Origin: Thermoproteus sp.
Lineage (GTDB): Archaea > Thermoproteota > Thermoprotei > Thermoproteales > Thermoproteaceae
Assembly (NCBI GenBank): GCA_049976425.1
Contig: JBMFIG010000029.1
Span: forward strand, 1-16,932
DNA length: 16,932 nt
Direction: 5' to 3'
Below the pieces are notes generated by a model. The model was not told the origin of the DNA, did not search any database, and saw nothing but the letters and a program-made list of their open reading frames with translations. A program made the translations under genes and the position numbers. The first letter of the stretch is position 1. Each line of letters starts with the position of its first letter. Below, in pieces: positions 1 to 7,058 of the stretch.

Positions 1-351
1 GTGATGCGCCTCCATCTATCGGCTAAGACACTACACGCCGTGAGGTATTTCGCTGAGAGAGAAGAGGCGGAGAAGGCCCTAAACGCCCTAAAGCCTCACG
101 CCAAGATGTACGTTGATAGGCGTTGGTATGTGGCGTATATACCGTGGAGAGAGTTGAAAGAGCTACTTAAGAGGGATCCGACGTTGAGAGAAGCCGTTGC
201 GAGATATCTAGCCGGTAGAAACAAGCCAGTAGCAAAGAAGTTGTTATCCCAAATCCCCCTTTTTGACACTAATAGCGTTATCCTCATGAAGATCGGATGG
301 AGCCCCGGCCGGGATTTGAACCTTATCCCAGACCCCCTGGCGGGGGCCTGA
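1..351 (+). CDS. 3' part of a hypothetical protein, possibly of a Thermoproteaceae PaRep2b-like repeated family; probably 5'-truncated by the window edge
   Basis: ORF open from base 1; about 49% GC by hand count over 1-300, lower than the neighbouring genes. The segment LREAVARYLA...AKKLLSQIPLF resembles, from memory only, C-termini of Pyrobaculum repeated-family proteins. The last 54 nt overlap the tRNA in antisense. Confidence 0.45.
   Translation: MMRLHLSAKTLHAVRYFAEREEAEKALNALKPHAKMYVDRRWYVAYIPWRELKELLKRDPTLREAVARYLAGRNKPVAKKLLSQIPLFDTNSVILMKIGWSPGRDLNLIPDPLAGA
323..351 (-). other. tRNA intron 2 (29 nt, position 51/52, T stem), BHB type
   Basis: Intron TCAGGCCCCCGCCAGGGGGTCTGGGATAA: bulge CG|U, hairpin CAGGCCCCC/GGGGGTCTG, 4-bp central helix of exon GUCC with intron GGAU, bulge AA|G. 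Confidence 0.93.
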
Positions 352-373
352 CGGGACCTCCCGCTTACAAGGC

Positions 374-393
374 CTACGCGGGGCTAAGCCCCA
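374..393 (-). other. tRNA intron 1 (20 nt, position 29/30, anticodon stem), BHB type
   Basis: Intron TGGGGCTTAGCCCCGCGTAG: bulge CC|U, hairpin GGGGC/GCCCC, 4-bp central helix of exon GCGC with intron GCGU, bulge AG|G. Confidence 0.93.
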
Positions 394-447
394 GGGCGCT
401 ATACCGGGCTTAGCTACCGGGGCCCTACTCTTTACATATATTTCACG

Positions 448-460
448 TTTTTAAGTTTTC
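448..460 (-). promoter_or_regulatory. BRE-TATA promoter of tRNA-Thr
   Basis: Minus strand GAAAA-CTTAAAAA, ending about 25 nt upstream of the tRNA 5' end. Confidence 0.75.
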
Positions 461-604
461 CACTAGTGCCATCGCCGGCCCACCCGCTGACGTCTGTATA
501 GCTCTCTTGCTAGAAGCGGCATAGGCCGGCTTTTGACGGCGCTCGGATAGGAAAAAGCGCGGAGATGCCGGGAAAAGGTTATCTCGCAGTGCCTAGGTTA
601 TTTT

Positions 605-1372
605 GTGATAGATCCGGAGGTGCTTACGCGGCTGGTGCTTGAGCACTCCGTGAGGGAGGAGGGAGGTGTCGTGTTGCGCCGCTATTTTAGATTTAGAGTC
701 GATAGATGGTATGGCGGCATCGCCACGGCCGACGTCGTCGGTTGCAACCTCCGTTGCGGCATGTGTTGGGCCTGGCGGAACAGCTCGTTTAGGCTGGACG
801 TGGGCGACTTCATGAGGCCCGACGCGGTGGCCCGCCGCCTGGCGGAGATGGCCAGGTCTAGGGGCCTCGCGCAGTTGAGGATCTCGGGAGGCGAGCCGAC
901 CATCGCCCCCCGCCACCTCCTCGCCGTGTTGAAATCGGTGCCGGAGAGCTATACCTTTATCGTCGAGACCAACGGCATATTGATAGATAGAGGGCTGGCG
1001 CGGGAGCTGGCCGGATTTCCCAACGTCGTGGTGAGGGTGTCCATAAAGGGGGCGACCCCCGAGGAGTTCAGCGCGATCACCATGTCTCCTCCCCAGTACT
1101 TCTACAGACAGCTGGACGCCTTGAGGAATTTGGTCGAGGCGGGCATGGTCCCCTGTAGAGACGTCTACGCGGCGGCCATGATAGGCTTCTCCACCGACGA
1201 TGGGGTGAGGAAGCTCAAGGAGGCCCTAGGCAACATACACGAGGCGTTGGCCGAATGCCTAGACGAGGAGCTCGTCATCCTCTATCCGCACGTGGTCAAG
1301 CTGATGAGGGCCAGAGGCCTGCGGCCTCTACGGGCCGTGGCGCCGAGCGGCGTGCCGCAGTCAATGATATGA
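605..1372 (+). CDS. Radical SAM protein (uncharacterised archaeal Fe-S oxidoreductase, COG5014-like)
   Basis: CxxxCxxC motif GCNLRCGMCW, RISGGEP and ETNG motifs; N-terminal RFR..WYGGIATADVVGC signature; GTG start. Confidence 0.9.
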   Translation: MIDPEVLTRLVLEHSVREEGGVVLRRYFRFRVDRWYGGIATADVVGCNLRCGMCWAWRNSSFRLDVGDFMRPDAVARRLAEMARSRGLAQLRISGGEPTIAPRHLLAVLKSVPESYTFIVETNGILIDRGLARELAGFPNVVVRVSIKGATPEEFSAITMSPPQYFYRQLDALRNLVEAGMVPCRDVYAAAMIGFSTDDGVRKLKEALGNIHEALAECLDEELVILYPHVVKLMRARGLRPLRAVAPSGVPQSMI

Positions 1373-2124
1373 ACTGCCTGGAGCTGACCCTATACCCCAG
1401 CCTGACGTTGACCCTCTTGGAGAGGAAGGGGGACTCCTACGTCAAGGCGTTCGGCGTGAGGAAGGGCGTGGACGCATCGGCCGATCCGTACCTTTCGGGT
1501 AGATGGTACGACCCATGGCGCTACGTGGGCGAGGTGGACAGCGACGTGGAGGGGGCCGTGCGGGAGCTGTTAGATCGGTACGGGGACTGCGTGGGCATCT
1601 CCATATCGCCGGGAGACGAGGGCTTGATCTTCGTCGCCGCGTTCCTCACGCAGAACACCGCATACCACGCGAACGTGCTCAGGTGGACGCATGCGTTGTT
1701 TTCCCGTAGCGAGCGCCTCGACGAGATAGCGGAGCTCGCCCCGTCTGTCGGCAACAGCTACCAGCTGAGGCGTCTGCCGGCCGCTCTGAGGGCCTACCTA
1801 TCGGCCAGGCCTAAGGACAGGGTCGATCTCCTGAAGATCCCGGGCGTGGGGCCCAAGGTCGCGGATCTCTACCTCCTCTTCACGGGGGACGTCTCGGCGG
1901 TTCCAGTCGACAAGCACTTCATGAGGCAGGCTCCGCGTTTGGGACTGACGGGGAGGCCGCCCGACAAGAACCACTGCGCTAGATACGACTGCGCTGTCTG
2001 TCCCCTACAGTCCGTCTGCCTAAGGGCGCGCGCCGCCGACAAGCTGGGCAGGCTGGCGGGATGGGTCCAGACAGTGCTCTATATAGTTGATAAGGGCATT
2101 ACGAGGGGGACTCGCCAGTCTTAG
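1369..2124 (+). CDS. HhH-GPD superfamily DNA glycosylase/lyase with C-terminal Cys4 (probable Fe-S) motif
   Basis: HhH motif LLKIPGVGPKVAD, catalytic Asp in VPVDKH, FLTQNT motif, C-terminal CARYDCAVCPLQSVC. Start moved from 1255 to ATG 1369, which overlaps the upstream stop as ATGA. Confidence 0.85.
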   Translation: MNCLELTLYPSLTLTLLERKGDSYVKAFGVRKGVDASADPYLSGRWYDPWRYVGEVDSDVEGAVRELLDRYGDCVGISISPGDEGLIFVAAFLTQNTAYHANVLRWTHALFSRSERLDEIAELAPSVGNSYQLRRLPAALRAYLSARPKDRVDLLKIPGVGPKVADLYLLFTGDVSAVPVDKHFMRQAPRLGLTGRPPDKNHCARYDCAVCPLQSVCLRARAADKLGRLAGWVQTVLYIVDKGITRGTRQS

Positions 2125-2617
2125 CCCCCTTGGCGCCCCGCCTCCTCCCCACCGGCCTCACGGGTTGCGGGGGCTGTCTAGGCACCACGGCGAAGCCCAG
2201 AGGCCAGCCGTAGACTCTATCCCTCTGCTCACTGGAGGTCGTGTGGGTCTCTATGGAGAAGCCGGCCCTGAACACCAGAGGTTCGTCTATCCAGACCGCT
2301 GTCTTTTCGGGGTAGTAGGCTATGGGCTCCACGAACCACTCAACGACTCTGCCGCCCTCGACGAACCGCACGTAGTCGAAATACTCGTCGTAGTTGTAGA
2401 AGCCCCAGACGACCACCAGCGAGGCCTCGGTCAGAGGCGGGCTTATCTTGCCTAGGGCCAGGCTGTAGCCGTATTTGTCCGCATCGTCTCCGTATATGTG
2501 CCTCGGCGCGAGCGGCTCGACCCTAGCCCCCACCTTTCTGGCATGTTCAGACGCTATGTTGTAGGATCTGCGTATTATCCTCTCGGCGTCCGCCCTCGAC
2601 AGTGGAAGCAACCACAT
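2099..2617 (-). CDS. Hypothetical protein, predicted beta-rich with basic C-terminal tail
   Basis: 172-aa ORF with normal protein composition; TATA-like TTTATAAG (minus strand, about 2638-2646) positioned for a leaderless start. Confidence 0.8.
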   Translation of the reverse strand: MWLLPLSRADAERIIRRSYNIASEHARKVGARVEPLAPRHIYGDDADKYGYSLALGKISPPLTEASLVVVWGFYNYDEYFDYVRFVEGGRVVEWFVEPIAYYPEKTAVWIDEPLVFRAGFSIETHTTSSEQRDRVYGWPLGFAVVPRQPPQPVRPVGRRRGAKGAKTGESPS

Positions 2618-2707
2618 GGCCCGGCACCGTCGAGGGGCTTATAAACATTAATAAGGCGATGGCCCAAATTAACCGTTATGTTTTTAGAGGGGAGAGTAGA
2701 ACGGACC

Positions 2708-3010
2708 ATGCTTATGCCTCTGCTCGCCCTCACCGCCGTCGCCGCGTTGCTGGGGCTGGCCATGAGGAGGGTGAGGGACAGGGCGTTGGCGGTGCTCGGC
2801 GTCGTCGGCTTCTTCCTAATCGCCATACCGGCGCTCTTCGTGAGCGGGGACGTGGTCGAGAGGATAGTGGCTGCCGTATTCGCGTATGCGCCGTATTGGG
2901 AATACATAGTGCCCGTAGTCGCCTTCGCCTTGCCGTTGTTGCCGCCGGCCAAGACCTCACATAGAAGGCCTAGAGGGGCGGCTAGGGCCGAAAAGACGGA
3001 GTACTGGTAA
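2708..3010 (+). CDS. Small membrane protein (about 3 hydrophobic segments)
   Basis: Hydrophobic stretches LLALTAVAALLGLAM, ALAVLGVVGFFLIAIPALFV and YIVPVVAFALPLL. Start uncertain (2678, 2708 or 2714). Confidence 0.7.
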   Translation: MLMPLLALTAVAALLGLAMRRVRDRALAVLGVVGFFLIAIPALFVSGDVVERIVAAVFAYAPYWEYIVPVVAFALPLLPPAKTSHRRPRGAARAEKTEYW

Positions 3011-3013
3011 CCC

Positions 3014-4723
3014 CTACCTCTTTTTCGCAGAAACTATTATTACCGATATCACGAACACTATCAGTATAATGGAAATAATATAGCTGGTCAAGCTGGCGCT
3101 GGTCGGCATAGACGCCGTGATGGCTGGCGGCGGGGCCAATGTGGATATATTGGAGGGCGCCTTCACGATAATGTAGGTGGCGTTGGACGAGCACAATATA
3201 TCGCCTATAGCTGCGGCGTACATCGAGGCCTCCTCGTACATGTATAACGCCGTCGCCGCATCGCTGTTCATGTAGTAGTCGCCGAACTGGATATAGCTAA
3301 GGGGGAGTATATTGGGCGATCCGCAGGCCGCCGCCCTGTAGATGTTCTCGAGCGCCGTCTGTTTCTCCACCGGCGCCAGACTGTCGGCGCCTGGAGACGC
3401 CAGCGCATTCTCGGCTAGAGATATCGTGTCGAGCGAGGCGGCGAGCGAGGCGAGGTAGTGCTTGCTGGAATAGAGGCTTTCAGCTAGCTGGAGGCTTTGC
3501 TGTAGCTCGGTCGCCAGATCGGGGGGCAGTTGAGATCCGTATGTCGTTACGACGTATGAGTACATCACATAGGCGTACTCCAGATACGTCTCGGCCATAT
3601 CGCTTAACGAGCTCTCGTTGATCACGCGGCCGTAGGCCAACATCTCGGCCGCGTTGATCCAAGGAGGCAATGTCACCGCGCGCGCGTACATGAAGGCGGC
3701 GTCGGGGCTGGAGGAGTTGGCTTGTTGGTAAATTTGATAAATCCTTTCATATATACCTATTATAATTCCTAAATTATTAGAAGTAATAGTTATATTGTTT
3801 GCAAATTTTTCGTAGTTTTTAGTAAGCTCTAGCGCCTTATTAGAGAGAGCGTTGGCGCTTAACGCACCGCTCGACACCTGCGATAGGTAGTACTTGTATA
3901 TGCCGTTGAACAACAGAGAAGCCGCGGTGTAGTACTGGCCTCTGGCCGCCAGCGACGATACGGCGCTCATGTTGACGTAGGCGTTGGCCGACGTCCCGGT
4001 CGCGTTCCTATATATGGCGAGGACCTGCTCGTAGAGGTATCTCGACACCTTGTTGAATACGGTCGTGTTTAGGTACGAGGGGCCGTAGGGCGAGGTCACG
4101 TTGTAGCCCGTAAGGTAGTATATCGCCTGTTGTATCGTGGCGACGGGTATGACCTGGACGCCGCGTACGCCCTTGGCCTGCCCCTGCTCGCCGAGCGGCA
4201 CAAGCACCCGCTTTATGCCGTTCTGGGCAGCCGCCGCGACCTTGTCGCCGACGCCTCCGACCCAGCCTATGGTCCCGTCGGGGAGTATTATGCCCGTCAT
4301 CGCCGTGTCGTTCCTGAGCGGGAGCCCCTTCATGAGGGCGAATAGGGCCGCCGTGATGTAGCCGCTGGCCGACGGGCCGCCTACGTTCGCCTCGAGGCCC
4401 GTGACCCTCAACAACGCGGTGTAGTTGGCCGCAGGGACGCCGGCGAGCCTGGCGGCCACGTACAGCGCCACCTGCGCGGAGGGCCCGAAGCCCTCGCCCG
4501 CCTCCGGGACCCCGGCCACGTAGGCTCTGCCGTTGCCGGGATACAGCAAGGTGACCTCTATGGGCACCACGGCCCCTCCGCCGCCTGAGCTGACGGCGAG
4601 CGCGTTGATCGTGGCAGTGCCTACCACGCGCATGGTCTGGCCGGGCCTCAGAGGCGCCAGAGTCAAGGCCGTGACTATGAGCGCGGCCGCGAGTAGGGCT
4701 ACAACGACATACGCCAGCCTCAT
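3014..4723 (-). CDS. Secreted, membrane-anchored Lon-like serine protease (peptidase S16 domain without ATPase, COG1750-like)
   Basis: Signal peptide; Ser motif VGGPSASG; AMTGII.PDG.IG.VGG..DK with the dyad Lys; helical C-terminal region; C-terminal TM helix followed by KKR; several NxS/T sequons. Confidence 0.9.
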   Translation of the reverse strand: MRLAYVVVALLAAALIVTALTLAPLRPGQTMRVVGTATINALAVSSGGGGAVVPIEVTLLYPGNGRAYVAGVPEAGEGFGPSAQVALYVAARLAGVPAANYTALLRVTGLEANVGGPSASGYITAALFALMKGLPLRNDTAMTGIILPDGTIGWVGGVGDKVAAAAQNGIKRVLVPLGEQGQAKGVRGVQVIPVATIQQAIYYLTGYNVTSPYGPSYLNTTVFNKVSRYLYEQVLAIYRNATGTSANAYVNMSAVSSLAARGQYYTAASLLFNGIYKYYLSQVSSGALSANALSNKALELTKNYEKFANNITITSNNLGIIIGIYERIYQIYQQANSSSPDAAFMYARAVTLPPWINAAEMLAYGRVINESSLSDMAETYLEYAYVMYSYVVTTYGSQLPPDLATELQQSLQLAESLYSSKHYLASLAASLDTISLAENALASPGADSLAPVEKQTALENIYRAAACGSPNILPLSYIQFGDYYMNSDAATALYMYEEASMYAAAIGDILCSSNATYIIVKAPSNISTLAPPPAITASMPTSASLTSYIISIILIVFVISVIIVSAKKR

Positions 4724-4769
4724 ACGCGGCCTTACGTCTCTCGATTAAAAAGGTTGCTCACCCCAGGTA

Positions 4770-4826
4770 AGGTCAGCGTAGGTCCAGGCGCACACCTTCC
4801 TTCACTTAAGCCTGGCTCATCATCAA
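4770..4826 (-). ncRNA. Probable C/D-box sRNA
   Basis: Perfect box C ATGATGA (4823-4817) and box D CTGA (4776-4773) span 51 nt; D'-like GTGA (4805-4802) follows an 11-nt spacer; intergenic; TATA-like TATAAATT upstream (about 4850-4843). Box C' is degenerate. Confidence 0.65.
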
Positions 4827-4849
4827 GGTTTTAACAGTCCTTAATTTAT

Positions 4850-5581
4850 ATGGAGGAGGTCGCCAAGGCTCTGGCCAACAGCAGATTCGCCGTGGCTTTC
4901 ACCGGCGCCGGCATCTCGGCCGAGTCGGGCGTGCCGACCTTCAGAGGACCGGGAGGCCTCTGGGAGAGGTACCGGCCTGAGGACCTCGCGACTCCGGAGG
5001 CCTTCTGGAGGGACCCCGTCTTAGTGTGGCGCTGGTATAGGTGGCGGCAGGAGCTTATCTACAACGCAACCCCTAACCCCGCCCACTTGGCTCTGGCCGA
5101 GCTGGAGAGCCTCGGCGTCTTGAAGGCCGTGATAACTCAGAACGTCGACGGCCTCCACAAGAGGGCCGGGTCGAGGCGCGTCGTGGAGCTCCACGGCAAT
5201 ATATGGCGGGCCAGATGTACGTCGTGCGGCCGCGAGCTCCCGATAGAGAGGCCTGTGGACGAGATACCGCCGAGGTGTCCCCACTGCGGGGGCCTGCTCA
5301 GACCTGCCGTGGTCTGGTTCGGCGAGCCGTTGCCCCGCGACGCCTGGGAGGAGGCCCTATCGCTCGCGTCCTCGGCCGACTTCATGTTGGTGGTGGGGAC
5401 GTCCGGCGTGGTGTACCCCGCGGCGTACATACCTCGGATAGCCAAGAGGAACGGCGCCGTCGTGGCGGTCGTGGATCCCGGCGAGACGGCTCTCGACGAT
5501 ATTGCCGACTTCAAGATAAGGGGGAGGGCGGCCGAGGTCTTGCCGAGGCTTGCCGTGGAGGTGAGGAGATGTCTTACGTAG
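4850..5581 (+). CDS. cobB: NAD-dependent protein deacylase, Sir2 family (class III)
   Basis: [30 protein letters not shown], two CxxC Zn pairs, [21 protein letters not shown]. Confidence 0.95.
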   Translation: MEEVAKALANSRFAVAFTGAGISAESGVPTFRGPGGLWERYRPEDLATPEAFWRDPVLVWRWYRWRQELIYNATPNPAHLALAELESLGVLKAVITQNVDGLHKRAGSRRVVELHGNIWRARCTSCGRELPIERPVDEIPPRCPHCGGLLRPAVVWFGEPLPRDAWEEALSLASSADFMLVVGTSGVVYPAAYIPRIAKRNGAVVAVVDPGETALDDIADFKIRGRAAEVLPRLAVEVRRCLT

Positions 5582-5958
5582 TTCTGTTCAGATGCCCCGC
5601 GTCAGTCGTGGAGACGAAGGCGAGGAGGTTCAGACTGGAGGAGGGGCTCTACGCATACGTCGGGTCCTGCGGCGTCTCTTGCCATAGGAGGATCGCCCGT
5701 CATCTGAGGAGGCCCGCGAGGAGGCACTGGCACGTCGACTATTTGCCGTGCGAGGCCGTGGCGTCGCTCGTCACCCGCCTCGGGGAGCCCGAGCTCGCCT
5801 TGCGCCTCTCCGCCCGCGCGGAGTACGTCAAGGGCTTCGGCTCCACGGACGACAGGCGCGCGCCGTCGCATCTGTTCAGGGTCAGGTCGCTAGCCCACCT
5901 TCTTGACGCGATATCTGCCGCCCCTCACGATCAGCTTAGCCAAGCCGATCTCCGCTAG
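5569..5958 (+). CDS. DUF123 / Uri-superfamily GIY-YIG nuclease family protein
   Basis: [26 protein letters not shown]...SHLF motifs. ATG 5569 follows a GGAGGTGA Shine-Dalgarno inside the sirtuin 3' end. Confidence 0.85.
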   Translation: MSYVVLFRCPASVVETKARRFRLEEGLYAYVGSCGVSCHRRIARHLRRPARRHWHVDYLPCEAVASLVTRLGEPELALRLSARAEYVKGFGSTDDRRAPSHLFRVRSLAHLLDAISAAPHDQLSQADLR

Positions 5959-6621
5959 GTATTTGGCGAAGGCTATGCCCTCCTCCGCCAGCCTAAGCGC
6001 ATCGCCCTCCCCCCTGGCGCATAGGGCCATGGCGTAAGGGACGCCCTCGGACGAGCACTCCTCGTAGGCTCTCAACAACCTCCTCAGCCTGCCCTCGAGG
6101 ATCTCGGCGTATTGGGCGGCGGTGGTGGGCGGCTCGTGGGCCGGGTAGACCGTTGCGTCGCCGAGGGAGCGCAGTAGGGCTATGGCGCGCCTCAAGGAGT
6201 CCACGCTGACTATCCAGCCGCCCACATCGCCGACGAAGACTCCCTCGTCTATCTTGAAACAAGTATGGCCCCACGTATGGGATCCGCACGGCAGGACCTG
6301 GGCAGAGAACTCGTCTAGGTCGACCCAGCCCGCCGCGATCCTCGCGAAGCGGGCGCCCGCCCTCGCCGCAGGCACGTCCTTGAGAGGCGCGCCCGCCCTC
6401 CTGAAAACGGCGGCAACGTAGCCTCTGAACCTAGCCTCGTCGGTCAGCATGGCGGCCTCGAACGGGTTGGCCACCACGGCCCGCGGGGACGATTTGGAGA
6501 GGCCGGAGATATGGCCGACGTGGTGGTGCGTCAAGAGCACGTACTTGACGTCCACCGGCTCCGAGAGATCCACAGACACATCGCCCAGAATCCACGAGGC
6601 GCCGGCGCGGCTAGGCCTCAC
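5890..6621 (-). CDS. Metallo-beta-lactamase fold protein with degenerate metal motif
   Basis: LLTHHHVGHISG (HxHxDH with D replaced by G), GSHTWGH, FVGD, YPAH. Confidence 0.8.
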   Translation of the reverse strand: MRPSRAGASWILGDVSVDLSEPVDVKYVLLTHHHVGHISGLSKSSPRAVVANPFEAAMLTDEARFRGYVAAVFRRAGAPLKDVPAARAGARFARIAAGWVDLDEFSAQVLPCGSHTWGHTCFKIDEGVFVGDVGGWIVSVDSLRRAIALLRSLGDATVYPAHEPPTTAAQYAEILEGRLRRLLRAYEECSSEGVPYAMALCARGEGDALRLAEEGIAFAKYLAEIGLAKLIVRGGRYRVKKVG

Positions 6622-6650
6622 TTTTTTATACTACGGGTCGTGATATATAC

Positions 6651-7058
6651 ATGTCGTCGGACTGGACGGCTAGATTTATAGCAGACGCCGGGAGGCTGTT
6701 CGGGATATCGGCCGACGAGCTCGCCAAATTCGCCGACGCCATGGCCAAAGGCGACGAGAGGGCGGTCGCCGAGTGGGCCGAGCGGAACAAGATCGGGGAT
6801 AGGGATTTCCTGGTCCTCTCGACGATGTACATCCTCTACAAGACTGAGGACAAGGTCTCCGACATGCTGGAGGGGCTGGAGTTGAGGGTAGACGAGGCGG
6901 TGGCCTTCGTGGGCAGTTTGACGGCCCAATTAGTAAACGGGCTGGGCGCCGATAGGGGGAAGGCGTTGCTGGCGCAGATCCTGCTGGCCGCCGCCCTCCA
7001 GATAGAGGACAAGGAGACTAGGGAAAAAATAGCTGAGTTCGCCGGGTCCCTCCTCTAA
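6651..7058 (+). CDS. Hypothetical alpha-helical protein
   Basis: 135-aa ORF with host-like codon usage; TTTTTATA box (6623-6630) positioned for a leaderless start. Confidence 0.8.
   Translation: MSSDWTARFIADAGRLFGISADELAKFADAMAKGDERAVAEWAERNKIGDRDFLVLSTMYILYKTEDKVSDMLEGLELRVDEAVAFVGSLTAQLVNGLGADRGKALLAQILLAAALQIEDKETREKIAEFAGSLL

Larger units (their letters stand above)
298..423 (-). tRNA. tRNA-Thr(UGU) with encoded CCA and two non-canonical introns (29/30 and 51/52)
   Basis: Minus strand reads GCCCCGG TA GCTA AGCCCGGTA TAGC G CCC[20-nt intron]GC CT TGT AA GCGGG AGGTC CCG[29-nt intron]GG TTCAAAT CCCGG CCGGGGC T CCA. All four stems pair after intron removal. Anticodon TGT is at 367-369, and the U73 discriminator fits archaeal Thr. 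Confidence 0.96.

Noticed and set aside
461-604. Intergenic stretch checked for an sRNA or small ORF
   Set aside because: There is a lone CTGA with no properly spaced box C, and no convincing hairpin or ORF.
1255-1368. N-terminal extensions in the ORF track (also 5203-5568, 11083-11124 and 15978-16049)
   Set aside because: They overlap neighbouring genes or promoters; downstream starts have better support from ATGA coupling, a Shine-Dalgarno or TATA spacing.
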